The translations under genes were made by a program, and so were the position numbers. Source: Candidatus Campbellbacteria bacterium (GTDB taxonomy: Bacteria; Patescibacteriota; Minisyncoccia; Phycocordibacterales; CSBR16-193). From it: a stretch of 60,179 nt of DNA. Under the pieces are notes generated by a model. It was not told where the DNA came from and searched no databases. It was given only the letters and a program-made list of their open reading frames with translations. The stretch lies in assembly GCA_007117035.1 (NCBI GenBank), contig SKHG01000018.1:1-60179 (forward strand), in the 5' to 3' direction. Below, in pieces: positions 18,275-28,124 of this stretch. The stretch's first letter is position 1. Each line of letters opens with the position of its first letter.

Positions 18275-19534
18275 CTATAGACGTCCAAACTGCTGTCGAC
18301 TTCTTAAATTTTTATGATAAGAAATAGCAAATCTGTGAGACTCTGAGTTAACTAGTAAAATCTCTCTCTCTAATCCATCAATAAACTCACGCGGACCTAG
18401 AATCTCTCGAGGTCTATGCCTCTCGTCTTTGACCACAGATACCACTGGTATTTTCAACTTAAATAGCCTCAAAACCTTCTGTACACGCCTTTTTTGCGCC
18501 AAACCACCGTCAACTACCACCAAATCAGGAAAAGGCCATTCAGAGTGATTTAGGCGTCTTGTAAGTATCTCTTCTAATGCGCCCGTGTCATCTGGATTCT
18601 TAACTGTTCGTATCTTAAATTTTTTGTACTGATCAAGTGCCTGGATTCCATCTTCCACAACTGACATTGCGCCGACCATAGCAGATCCCCCAAGGTGAGC
18701 AATGTCATATCCTTCTATTCTGTTCTGAACCCTTTTTTTATTTTCGAAGTCATCTTTGAGGATTGCCACATCCTGAATATGCTGTAGAGAAAAAATCTGT
18801 CTTTTTATAACTTCTGCTTTTTCAAAATTCTGTAGCCGAGCCATGTTGGTCATTTCTTTCTCTAGTGACTTAACTAATTTTTTCTTGTGTCCACGAAAAA
18901 ATTCTGCGATTTTTGAAACAGTTTTCTGGTACTCAGTTTTAGAAACTAACCCTGCACAAACTCCAGGACAAAGACCAATCTGAGTATCAAAACAAGGTTT
19001 ATTATTTTTTAACAAATCTTTAGAGTTAGTTTTTGGAACACATCGATCACGAAACGGAAATATGCGACGCACTACCTTTAATGCCTCTTTCAGGGAGCTT
19101 CCTGATGTAAAAGGACCGAAGGAATACTTAACAGATAAATTACTATTTTTTAAATCCCTTTCCCTTCTAATCAAGATTCGAGGAAAATCCTCTTTAGTAA
19201 TAATGACGTAATTAAAACTTTTATTATCTTTTTCTCGACTGTTATATATCGGCTGAATTCTCTTTATCTCTACTGACTCCAAAATCAAAGCCTCTAAAAC
19301 AGAATCGGTGGTTTGATACTCAACTGTTTCAATTTTTTCCACCATTTTGGCTATAAAAATACTTCGACTTTTTATAAGACCAGAGGAAAAATAACTCCTA
19401 ACTCGACTCTTTAAAGAAGCGGCCTTGCCAACGTACATAATACGCCTTTTTTTATCCTTAAAATAATAGACTCCAGGTTGATCAGGCAAATCCTTTGTTT
19501 TTTGGGTCTTTGTATTTATTCTCGCGTAGTTCAT
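18275..19534 (-). CDS. uvrC: Excinuclease ABC subunit C, short form lacking C-terminal HhH domain
   Basis: GIY-YIG (PGVYYFKD...YVGKAASLKSRVRSYF), Cys-rich region, UVR motif (NFEKAEVIKRQI), RNaseH-like domain (EGYDIAH, VDGG, ESHRFAISYH). Confidence 0.88.
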   Translation of the reverse strand: MNYARINTKTQKTKDLPDQPGVYYFKDKKRRIMYVGKAASLKSRVRSYFSSGLIKSRSIFIAKMVEKIETVEYQTTDSVLEALILESVEIKRIQPIYNSREKDNKSFNYVIITKEDFPRILIRRERDLKNSNLSVKYSFGPFTSGSSLKEALKVVRRIFPFRDRCVPKTNSKDLLKNNKPCFDTQIGLCPGVCAGLVSKTEYQKTVSKIAEFFRGHKKKLVKSLEKEMTNMARLQNFEKAEVIKRQIFSLQHIQDVAILKDDFENKKRVQNRIEGYDIAHLGGSAMVGAMSVVEDGIQALDQYKKFKIRTVKNPDDTGALEEILTRRLNHSEWPFPDLVVVDGGLAQKRRVQKVLRLFKLKIPVVSVVKDERHRPREILGPREFIDGLEREILLVNSESHRFAISYHKNLRSRQQFGRL

Positions 19535-19559
19535 TGTTATGTGATAAAATTATATCAAT

Positions 19560-19763
19560 ATGTTAAGTCAGCTTACAATTACTTTAAAGTGGTGGCAAGC
19601 CGGTCTATACGAACTGGCAATCCTGTCTTTAGGTATTATTGTAGGTACATATTGGCCGGAGGTATTCTCAAACTGGCTCCCACTGTTATGGCTCGCTTTA
19701 ATAGTACCAGGTAGTTACATTATTTTTATCTGGATTAGACAGAACCAAAAACAAAACAGTTAG
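19560..19763 (+). CDS. Small two-TM membrane protein
   Basis: 67-aa hydrophobic ORF filling the gap; TGA-TAAAAT upstream. Confidence 0.6.
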   Translation: MLSQLTITLKWWQAGLYELAILSLGIIVGTYWPEVFSNWLPLLWLALIVPGSYIIFIWIRQNQKQNS

Positions 19764-19809
19764 AGTTGAACAGGTTTTGACTAACATTATTAGTAAATTA
19801 TTAACAAAT

Positions 19810-20577
19810 ATGGAAGATAACCAAGTAGAAAAAAATAGTTCAGTTGAAGCAAATAGTTCTAAAAAACAACCACTAATTTGGGGTGCTATTATAATTATTT
19901 TAGCCTTGGGTGTTATAACTGCACTTATGGTAAGAGATACTGAAAGCGACAAAGTTTTGGCAACAGTAGACAACCACCCTGTTTTAGAAAATGATATAAA
20001 ACAACTAGTCAATCAAATGCTTGGACAGTACAAAGAACAAGGAGTTAATGTGGAAGAAAATCCAGAACTTCTAAACGAAGTTCGAAAAGCAGCTTTGGCA
20101 AGTAAAATTAGACAGAAGATTTTGTTTCAGTATGCTGAACAAAGAGATGTTGTAGTTAACGAGGATTCTGTTGAGGATGAATACCAAAGAATGGTTCTTC
20201 AGTTCGAAGGTGGTGAATCAGACCTACTTCAAGGTCTTAGCCAATACGGTATTACTAAAAAGGATCTTCGAAAAGATATCTTTGAGATGCTTCTTTTGCA
20301 AAAAGTTGCAAACCAGAGAGATGATTTAACTATAAGTGACCAAGAAGTTCAGTCACGATACAACAACATAGTTAGAGATAATCCAGAAACAGAGTTTCCT
20401 CCACTAAGTGAGATAAAGGAAATCTTAGTTTCTGAAATGGAACAAGAGAAAATGGGAGATGTTCTAAGAAAACTATTCGACCAAATCTATCCAGACATAG
20501 AGGTAATAATCCTTGACGAGGATCTAGTAGAGGTTGCAGAATTTCTAGGACGATCAAGCGCTGTACCTGGAATGTAA
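19810..20577 (+). CDS. SurA N-terminal-domain (PrsA-like) membrane-anchored chaperone
   Basis: TM anchor then LATVDNHPV; LFQYAEQRDVVVNEDSVEDEY; YGITKKDLRKDI; no PPIase domain recognised. Confidence 0.75.
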   Translation: MEDNQVEKNSSVEANSSKKQPLIWGAIIIILALGVITALMVRDTESDKVLATVDNHPVLENDIKQLVNQMLGQYKEQGVNVEENPELLNEVRKAALASKIRQKILFQYAEQRDVVVNEDSVEDEYQRMVLQFEGGESDLLQGLSQYGITKKDLRKDIFEMLLLQKVANQRDDLTISDQEVQSRYNNIVRDNPETEFPPLSEIKEILVSEMEQEKMGDVLRKLFDQIYPDIEVIILDEDLVEVAEFLGRSSAVPGM

Positions 20578-20596
20578 ATTTAATATTTTATTCCAC

Positions 20597-20629
20597 AACA
20601 AAACACCCAACTGTGATGGGTGTTTTGTT
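20597..20629. terminator. Bidirectional terminator between convergent genes
   Basis: AACAAAACACCCA-ACTGTGA-TGGGTGTTTTGTT. Confidence 0.8.
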
Positions 20630-20664
20630 TTATAAATAAAAATATTTAAATTTTAAAACTAATA

Positions 20665-21258
20665 CTAAATTCCATCTTTTCCACCCAAAACTTTAGATGC
20701 AGGAGTTTTGTTTTTATGAACACCGTAGAAATTCTCGGTAGCCTTGTCGTGTGAACCTAGAATAATCTTCCTCAAAGAATAAGGCTCTCTAACCTGTTTA
20801 ATTATTATTTCTCTGGTCGCTCCTGCTGTCTGAACATGCACATCGCCAAAACGCAAGAGAGTAGCCAAAATACCACGGACCTCAACTGTTATATCCTGAA
20901 CACGTTCAAAACGTAAACTTTTAACGGAACGGTTGAAAACACTGTGCTGATTTACATCTATCAACCTTCTGTTGGTAACTAACCAAACATCTAGATAGTA
21001 CTCAGTCCACTGCACAAACAAAAAGACTAAAACCAAGACCAACCAAACCAAATAGAAAGCAGAAGCAGCCCATCCAACCTCAGCAGAAAAAGAAATCTGA
21101 CCAAAAAATTCTACCAGAGGTTCAAACCGAACAAAAAACCAAAGAGAAAGAAGTGGTATAACTATCAAAATTATTGAACTTATAATAGGAAAAAGCATCA
21201 CAAACCAATGTCTTCTTATTGCGTGTTCTATGTGTTCTCCCTTTTCAAGTTTAACCAT
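20665..21258 (-). CDS. Bacterial PH-domain (YdbT/bPH_2-like) membrane protein
   Basis: IRRHWF, two TMs, WLVTNRRLIDVNQHSVFNR, VQDITVEVRGILATLLRFGDVHVQTAG. Confidence 0.8.
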   Translation of the reverse strand: MVKLEKGEHIEHAIRRHWFVMLFPIISSIILIVIPLLSLWFFVRFEPLVEFFGQISFSAEVGWAASAFYLVWLVLVLVFLFVQWTEYYLDVWLVTNRRLIDVNQHSVFNRSVKSLRFERVQDITVEVRGILATLLRFGDVHVQTAGATREIIIKQVREPYSLRKIILGSHDKATENFYGVHKNKTPASKVLGGKDGI

Positions 21259-21262
21259 AAAT

Positions 21263-21487
21263 TTAGATTAATAACAAAAATGAAACAGATAAAATTACTA
21301 ACGGAGCAGTGACAGCGAAATATATTATCTGGACGATAGCAATCGCAGGATTACCACCACCATAATTATTCCAGTGATAAGCAAGGATAATACTGAAAGT
21401 TACATATACTATAAAAAATACAGCCCACAGTAGAAAAAATATCCAAGGGTCTATCATAAAAGACTCGTCGTTTAGTAATATTTCCAT
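21263..21487 (-). CDS. Small two-TM membrane protein
   Basis: Hydrophobic ORF; ATG 21487 lies 7 nt after TGC-TATAAT. Confidence 0.6.
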   Translation of the reverse strand: MEILLNDESFMIDPWIFFLLWAVFFIVYVTFSIILAYHWNNYGGGNPAIAIVQIIYFAVTAPLVILSVSFLLLI

Positions 21488-21557
21488 TAAGATAATTATA
21501 GCAAGCAATTAAAAATTATAAAACCCGAACAGGTGTTCATATTTATCTTAAACAAAT

Positions 21558-22328
21558 CTACTCTGTACAGTTATATATTGTAAAATTACCAACCTTCTCC
21601 CTCCAGATATGTAAAGTGGTAGCATCGCAACCGAGTTGAGAGACCAAATCCTCAACCACCGAACGAACAAATGTGCCGTGACCAGCAACCAATTCAAATC
21701 GAGTAATTTTAAACTCATCAAATAATGAAGAATCAAATAATTCTTTCCAAGCTTTTAGAATTTCCTTCTGACGAAAATCACCAGACACACGTGATACTTT
21801 ATCTTCAATTATCTTAAAAAGATTTTCTGGTTTTTCTGAAAAATGAAACACTGGTTCTAAAGACATAATTTGCACGTTTCTAGTAAGAGTTCTTTCTGTC
21901 TCTAAACTGGGACGTACATTTTTTTTAATGTATCGAGAAGAATACAATGGATCATATTGTTTTATCGATCCTTTAAATTTTTTACAAAAATCTAAGACAT
22001 TTTCATCCGAGATATCACATTTTAAAGATGGAAACTTCGGTATACCCAAAACATCAAAACTGTCAGTTGAAGGCCCCCACAGACAATCAAAAGTGTATTT
22101 TTTGGGCAAACTAGTATATCTTTTTTTGTCCAACCTAGTTTCACCTGAAAGTAAAACCAAAACACCTTCTGCCATCGGGTCTAGTCGACCTGCATAAGTG
22201 ACTGGTTCGTCATCTAAAAACAAATCTGAACGAACTCTGTTTAGACACTCTAGAGGAGTCTCCCCTATTTTTTTATAGACAAAGAAGACTTCTTGTTTAG
22301 GTTTATTTGGTTTATTTAATAAAATCAT
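21558..22328 (-). CDS. truB: tRNA pseudouridine(55) synthase TruB-like
   Basis: YKKIGETP, YAGRLDPMAEGVL (catalytic Asp), GTFVRSVVEDL. Confidence 0.8.
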   Translation of the reverse strand: MILLNKPNKPKQEVFFVYKKIGETPLECLNRVRSDLFLDDEPVTYAGRLDPMAEGVLVLLSGETRLDKKRYTSLPKKYTFDCLWGPSTDSFDVLGIPKFPSLKCDISDENVLDFCKKFKGSIKQYDPLYSSRYIKKNVRPSLETERTLTRNVQIMSLEPVFHFSEKPENLFKIIEDKVSRVSGDFRQKEILKAWKELFDSSLFDEFKITRFELVAGHGTFVRSVVEDLVSQLGCDATTLHIWREKVGNFTIYNCTE

Positions 22329-22369
22329 AACTAGTGACATCTAAAGCTATTTTAGGTACAATACAGCGC

Positions 22370-23665
22370 ATGGATAACAACAGCAAGCTCTCAACTCAAC
22401 CGTACAAAGGAGTTCGGGATTTCTATCCCAAAGACATGTCTGTGTTACAACAGATTTTTAATGTAATGAGAAAATCGGTTGAAAAATTTGGATACCTAGA
22501 ATACAACGCCTCCCCCATTGAACCATCTTCAATATATCAAGCCAAGTCCGGAGATGAAATTGCAAATGAACAAACTTACAATTTTCTAGACAAAGCTGGA
22601 CGAAACATCTCTCTAAGACCAGAGATGACACCTACTATTGCCAGAATGATTGCTGGTCGAGACCAAAAAATTTCATTGCCTATCCGATGGTACTCTATTC
22701 CAAACGTCTTTCGTTATGAAAACCCACAAAGAGGCCGTCTACGTGAACACTACCAACTCAATGTTGATATTTTTGGCGGAGAACCTGAAATAGCTAATGC
22801 TGAAATTTTGATGGTAGTCCACGAAATTATGACTGGCTTTGGCGCTTCTACTACTGATTTTGCAATAAAAATAAACGACCGTACTATTCTGGCAGACATA
22901 TATAAAAAATTTGAAGTTCCTAAAGAAAAAATTAAAGATGTTTCCAGACTTCTTGATAAAAAGGAGAAAGTATCTAAAACAATTTTTGATGAGGCACTAG
23001 AATCATTGGTTGGTTCTGAGATTTCTAAACCTTTAGCAGAAATCCTATCTTCTCCAGAATTTATAATTGAAACTTTAGGTATAGATAACCCTGGGATTAA
23101 AAATGTAATCGGTTTAATAGAAAAACTTGAAAACTACGGTGTGACTAACCTAATCTTTGAACCAACACTCGTTCGAGGATTTGATTACTACAATAGTTTC
23201 GTTTTCGAAGTTTTTGACACTGATAGTGAAAATCGGAGATCACTTTTTGGTGGTGGAAGGTACGACTCCCTAACTGGGCTTTTCTCCAACGAAGAGATTC
23301 CTGCAGTCGGTTTTGGTATGGGTGATGTTGTTCTACAGGATTTTCTGAAAACTCACAACATTCTTCCAGAAAGTTTAACACCTGCTGATTTATCAATTAT
23401 TTCTGTTGATCAAAATAGTTACGATGATGTCTATTTAGTCGCCAGAAAAATTAGAGAGTTTGGTCTAAATGTTGATATTGATATCAGTAATAAAAAAGTT
23501 GGTGCTCAGATAAAAAGATCTGTCTCAAACTCTATTCCATTTGCCTTGTTTATTGGAGAAGAAGAGATTCGTAACAAGAAATACAATCTGAAAGACCTGA
23601 GAACCCAAGAAGAAAAACAACTAAACCTAGAAGAAATAGTAGAAGTAGTTAAAAATAGTAAATAA
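22370..23665 (+). CDS. hisS: Histidyl-tRNA synthetase
   Basis: KGVRDFYP, LRPEMTP, FRYENPQRGRLREHYQ, RGFDYY, GGGRYD, anticodon-binding domain. Confidence 0.96.
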   Translation: MDNNSKLSTQPYKGVRDFYPKDMSVLQQIFNVMRKSVEKFGYLEYNASPIEPSSIYQAKSGDEIANEQTYNFLDKAGRNISLRPEMTPTIARMIAGRDQKISLPIRWYSIPNVFRYENPQRGRLREHYQLNVDIFGGEPEIANAEILMVVHEIMTGFGASTTDFAIKINDRTILADIYKKFEVPKEKIKDVSRLLDKKEKVSKTIFDEALESLVGSEISKPLAEILSSPEFIIETLGIDNPGIKNVIGLIEKLENYGVTNLIFEPTLVRGFDYYNSFVFEVFDTDSENRRSLFGGGRYDSLTGLFSNEEIPAVGFGMGDVVLQDFLKTHNILPESLTPADLSIISVDQNSYDDVYLVARKIREFGLNVDIDISNKKVGAQIKRSVSNSIPFALFIGEEEIRNKKYNLKDLRTQEEKQLNLEEIVEVVKNSK

Positions 23666-23679
23666 AAAAACACAAACCT

Positions 23680-24255
23680 ATGAGGAAAATAGTCTTTGAT
23701 ATTGAAACCAAAAATACTTTTAGCGAGGTCAACTCTACGGATGTAACAGATTTAGATTTGTCATTAATTGCCATACACGATTCAGAAACCGAGGAATACT
23801 ATTCATACTTTCAAGAAGATCTTCCTGAACTCTGGCCCAGACTTGAAAAAGCAGACCTACTAATTGGCTATAACTCAGACCATTTTGATATTCCACTTTT
23901 GAACAAATACTACCCTGGAGACCTTACTGCGATAAAGAGTCTGGATATTCTAAAAGAAATTAAAAAATCTATCGGTCGAAGAATAAAGTTAGATCAAGTG
24001 GCTGAAGGTACTCTAAATATTAAAAAATCTGGACACGGTCTAGAGGCGGTTAAATGGTGGAAGGATGGTGAACTCGATAAAATAAAAAAATACTGTCTAG
24101 ATGATGTTAGAATAACTAAAGAGGTTTATGATTTTGCTATAGAAAATGGTCTGTTGAAATACAAAGAAGGTTCTAAGCTTTCTGAGATTAAGTTAGACAC
24201 CTCAAACTGGGAACAGATTAGTAATCAAGCCATGAACCATACTTTACCTTTTTAA
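23680..24255 (+). CDS. DEDD 3'-5' exonuclease (YprB/RNase_H_2-like)
   Basis: VFDIET, GYNSDHFDIP, LDIL, YCLDDV. Confidence 0.85.
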   Translation: MRKIVFDIETKNTFSEVNSTDVTDLDLSLIAIHDSETEEYYSYFQEDLPELWPRLEKADLLIGYNSDHFDIPLLNKYYPGDLTAIKSLDILKEIKKSIGRRIKLDQVAEGTLNIKKSGHGLEAVKWWKDGELDKIKKYCLDDVRITKEVYDFAIENGLLKYKEGSKLSEIKLDTSNWEQISNQAMNHTLPF

Positions 24256-24266
24256 AATAAAAATAT

Positions 24267-25055
24267 ATGTCAAAAATATCACTACCAGTATCTATTGCAG
24301 TTGCCGGATTTTTAGTCGCTAGCACAATGTTAGTAACAACTTTTGATATTAAAGATATTTTTAGCGGTTTGTTTGGTAAGGACAAACAAGCTATTGAAAT
24401 GCCGTTGGTTCAAAAATCCAAAGATCATATTCTTGGAAATCCCGACGCACCTCTTTTTATCATTGAATATTCAGATACCGAATGCCCTTTTTGTCGCGAT
24501 TTTCACAACACAGTAAAGAATATTCTAGAAGACTGGGGACCGACCGGAAATGTCAGTCTAGTCTATAGACACATGGCAACACTAAACAGTAACTCATACA
24601 ATGAAGCTCTTGCGTCTGAATGTGTTGCAGAGATATCTGGGAATCAAGATTTCTGGAAATATATAGCATCAATTTATAACCAAAAATTTGGAATGCAGAT
24701 TGACCCACAAGAACCAAGAGCAAACATTTATCTTCTAGCTACCGATCTTGGTATCCCAGAAGAGGAAATGATTGATTGTGTTGAGAGTGATAGGTTTAAA
24801 GAAAAAGTTGACCGGCAGCTTATTGAGGCTATTTCTGAAGGTGCAAAAGGAACACCATTTATTGTATTAGAATATCGAAAGGGTTTTTCTGAACAAGTTG
24901 ATGATGTTGTTAAAAATATCCAAAAACAAGCAAATGTTGCAATGTACTTCAGCTCTGACAATAAAAAGATAGTGATAGACGGAGCTTTATCATACGAACA
25001 GCTTTCATTACTTATCGATTCAATTTTTACATTACCTATTCCCGAAAATATCTAA
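24267..25055 (+). CDS. DsbA/thioredoxin-fold membrane-anchored oxidoreductase
   Basis: N-terminal TM, DHILGNPDAP, EYSDTECPFC, GAKGTP. Confidence 0.88.
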   Translation: MSKISLPVSIAVAGFLVASTMLVTTFDIKDIFSGLFGKDKQAIEMPLVQKSKDHILGNPDAPLFIIEYSDTECPFCRDFHNTVKNILEDWGPTGNVSLVYRHMATLNSNSYNEALASECVAEISGNQDFWKYIASIYNQKFGMQIDPQEPRANIYLLATDLGIPEEEMIDCVESDRFKEKVDRQLIEAISEGAKGTPFIVLEYRKGFSEQVDDVVKNIQKQANVAMYFSSDNKKIVIDGALSYEQLSLLIDSIFTLPIPENI

Positions 25056-25060
25056 AAACC

Positions 25061-27997
25061 CTACAACCTCGAAGCTCGTCTCAAAGCACAGTCAGAGCAA
25101 TCAGACTCATCGCAATAAGAATTAAACAAGGAGCCAGTCCAAACAGAATCTATTAAAGATTTTATATCATTTTTGATTTCTTCAATCTCATTTTTTTCAA
25201 TCTTTATGGTGACTACTGGACAGCGATCTTTTTGATCCGGAGTTACAAAAACCAAAGATGTTTCGATATTTTTATCTTTAAAACTAAGATTGTCGGATAC
25301 CAGGATTGTATAGAAAACAAGTTGACGGAGTTCATTTCCAGTTGAATTTTTTGTTTTTCCTCTGATAGCATTTTCGGTCATTGGTTTTTTAGTTTTATAA
25401 TCAAAAACCAAAACCTTGTCTTTGTGTTCAACTATAGCATCAAGATTACCGTGAATTGGAATAACTATTTCCCCTTCTCCTTTTATGTCGGTTCGAAACT
25501 CACTTGCTATTCTGCTTTCAGCCTTCACTCGACCCTCTAAAAGAAAATGTGGTGCGAGTTCAGAAGCTACAACTGGAGATTTATCCAGCAAGTCTTTCTT
25601 GGCTGTCTTACTCTCGTTTAAAGGCAAAAAAGAACGTTCGAAGTACTCATTAATGGTTTTTTGAAGTATCTGAATATTATTTTCCTCACTTCTTTTGCTG
25701 GAAGCCCAGATTCTAGCAAAGGCTAAGTGCATAGCATTACCTTTTTCGGCACTAGCTGAAGGTGCTTGAGGTAGTCTAAGAATAGATTGGTATAGAAATC
25801 GATTAGGACAGGTTAAGAAGTTATTCAAAGCAGTTACCGAAAGCCCGCGTTCAATAATCGATCGCTTAACAAAATCATGTAAGGTATTAAAATTTAAATC
25901 ATCTTTAATTGCTTTCTTAGTTAGGACTGAAAACTGATCAGCTGACTTTTCAACTCTTATTTGTTTAATGTGAGCTGAATCTAATTCATCTAAAAATCGT
26001 AGCGGTGTTAATGATCTACCTTGAATATTTTCCTCAGCCCAAAGTACCATAGCTTGCCTACGGGCTCGAGTTAAGGCTACGTAAAAGAGTCTGCGCGCAT
26101 CTTTTGTTTTATCCCCATCTTTTGAGTGACTTGCTAAAATGAAGTACTTATTTTTTCCACGACTTAACCAAGACTGCTCAGTAGCATATGGAATAAAAAC
26201 CCTATCAAATTCCAAGCCCTTACTACTGTGAGCAGTCATAGCCTTTACTTTAGCTTCAACAGATCCTACAGGAATTTTGACGCTTCGGTTCTCAGCTGAA
26301 CGACGATACTCCAAAAGTGCACTTATGAGATTTTGAGGGTCTCTTATATTTCTATCAAAGATTAAGGACTCAGAAAGTTTAAGTACACCACGCCAAACTT
26401 CGATACTAGAAGGGTCTTTAGAGATTATGTTTTGGTATCCGGATAAATCAGCTAGTTTGAAAATAAAATTCAAAGCATTGTCAGTTATGAGTTCATTTCG
26501 AACTAACTCAACTTCAGGTATTTCAGACGCAAGATCCTCTAAACTACCACTTTTAATTTTAGACAAAACCTTAATTGAATTTTCAAAACTAAGACCCCAA
26601 AGTCCAACTGAAACAGTTCGAGCCAATGAATCTAAACGGGTTTGATCGTTAAAAAATTCTAATAGGTCAAAAAATAATGATCCTGCAGGGTGTCGAAATA
26701 TATCTATACTCTTTTCTGATGAAACTGAGATACGAGCCTGCTCCAAAACTCCCAAAACATGTTCTAGCTCACGATTAGTTTTAACAATTATTGCAATGGT
26801 CTGTTGATCGTCCTCTGCAACAAGCTCCTTGAGACGATCAACCATATACAAATCTTGTGAACTAACATCTTCGGCAGAAACAATCTCTACTGGTTCAGCT
26901 AGTAAATCAACAGAACTCTGAAGTCTAGTTCGGAGATCAGAAAATTCACCTTCACTATAATTTTTTTCTATCATAGCAAAACTGGAGTCCAGAATACTTT
27001 GTTGCGACCGGTAATTTTTTTCCAAACGAATAACTTTCATAGAATTCCAAACCTCTTGAAAAGAAATAAAGTTCTCAACAGAAGCACCCTGAAAGCGAAA
27101 AATAGCCTGCTTCTCATCACCAACCACAAATAAATTAGGACTGTCAAAAAAATCAGCGATGACGCGAACAATAGTATTTTGTGCGTCATTGGTATCTTGA
27201 TGTTCGTCAACTAAAATATACAAGAATCGCTCCTGTAAAATTCTAAGTAGAAGTTCATCGTTTTTAAGTGCCTCCACAAGCTCAATCAAAAGGTCGTCGT
27301 AGTCGATTAAGCCTAACTTTTTCTTTACCTCTTCATACTGAGCATATACCTCTGAAAACAAAACTGTCTTTTGATATCTTTCTATTTTCTTCTTTACATC
27401 GGCTTTGATCTGCCCTTTACTTTTACCCCGTGTCGAGATACTACTTTCATCAGATTGAATAAACTCAATCTCTTTTTTTGCGTTCTCAGCGACTTTCTCT
27501 GGCGTGTTCATTTCCCTCTTAGACTCACTGATCGAAGAAACAATTTCTCCAACATACATGTCTGGTTTACCAGCAGGACGTATTTTGACAAAATTCTGGT
27601 CTTCTAAAATTTTACGGATAAGAGTCTCGGCCTCGATATCACTTATCTGTCTGGAACCCGAGAGCTGAACAAAATGCTCAGGAAACTCTCCTATAATCAT
27701 AGAAGCAAAACCGTGGAAGGTATGTATATGAACTTCATCAGCCACCGTACCAATTATCTCTCGCAACTTCATACGCATTGAACGAACTCCAGCTTCAGTG
27801 AAAGTGATAGCTAAAATTCCAGAAGGAGGCGTGTCTGTCTTACGGAGAATGTTAGCAATCCTTAAGGTTAAAATGGTAGTCTTACCAGTTCCTGGACCAG
27901 CTACTACCATTACAGGCCCTTCTATAGTATCGACTGCTTTCTTTTGAGATGAATTTAGGCTTTGGTAGCGTCTTTTAAACTCGCTTTCTTTAATCAT
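25061..27997 (-). CDS. UvrD/PcrA-like SF1 helicase fused to PD-(D/E)xK nuclease (AddA/AdnAB-like)
   Basis: AGPGTGKT, LVDEHQDTN, VGDEKQAIFRFQGA, NYRSQ, TAHSSKGLEF, RRLFYVALTRA; C-terminal GNLDAI...VFDYKT with Cys ligands. Confidence 0.9.
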   Translation of the reverse strand: MIKESEFKRRYQSLNSSQKKAVDTIEGPVMVVAGPGTGKTTILTLRIANILRKTDTPPSGILAITFTEAGVRSMRMKLREIIGTVADEVHIHTFHGFASMIIGEFPEHFVQLSGSRQISDIEAETLIRKILEDQNFVKIRPAGKPDMYVGEIVSSISESKREMNTPEKVAENAKKEIEFIQSDESSISTRGKSKGQIKADVKKKIERYQKTVLFSEVYAQYEEVKKKLGLIDYDDLLIELVEALKNDELLLRILQERFLYILVDEHQDTNDAQNTIVRVIADFFDSPNLFVVGDEKQAIFRFQGASVENFISFQEVWNSMKVIRLEKNYRSQQSILDSSFAMIEKNYSEGEFSDLRTRLQSSVDLLAEPVEIVSAEDVSSQDLYMVDRLKELVAEDDQQTIAIIVKTNRELEHVLGVLEQARISVSSEKSIDIFRHPAGSLFFDLLEFFNDQTRLDSLARTVSVGLWGLSFENSIKVLSKIKSGSLEDLASEIPEVELVRNELITDNALNFIFKLADLSGYQNIISKDPSSIEVWRGVLKLSESLIFDRNIRDPQNLISALLEYRRSAENRSVKIPVGSVEAKVKAMTAHSSKGLEFDRVFIPYATEQSWLSRGKNKYFILASHSKDGDKTKDARRLFYVALTRARRQAMVLWAEENIQGRSLTPLRFLDELDSAHIKQIRVEKSADQFSVLTKKAIKDDLNFNTLHDFVKRSIIERGLSVTALNNFLTCPNRFLYQSILRLPQAPSASAEKGNAMHLAFARIWASSKRSEENNIQILQKTINEYFERSFLPLNESKTAKKDLLDKSPVVASELAPHFLLEGRVKAESRIASEFRTDIKGEGEIVIPIHGNLDAIVEHKDKVLVFDYKTKKPMTENAIRGKTKNSTGNELRQLVFYTILVSDNLSFKDKNIETSLVFVTPDQKDRCPVVTIKIEKNEIEEIKNDIKSLIDSVWTGSLFNSYCDESDCSDCALRRASRL

Positions 27998-28070
27998 TTT
28001 AGTATTTTAACACGAATATCTGTTAGTTGTTATACTTTAATTTTAATACTTTATCTCTACTTTTTGTAAT

Positions 28071-28098
28071 AAAAAACTCTTTCAGAGAAGAGTTTTTT
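28071..28098 (-). terminator. Terminator after rpoD
   Basis: AAAAAACTCT-TTCAGAGA-AGAGTTTTTT. Confidence 0.75.
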
Positions 28099-28124
28099 AA
28101 TGAAAGATACATAGTTTATTTATC

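Noticed and set aside
28014-28025. GAAT-N4-GTTA next to the helicase promoter as an SOS box
   Set aside because: Two mismatches to the candidate motif; too weak
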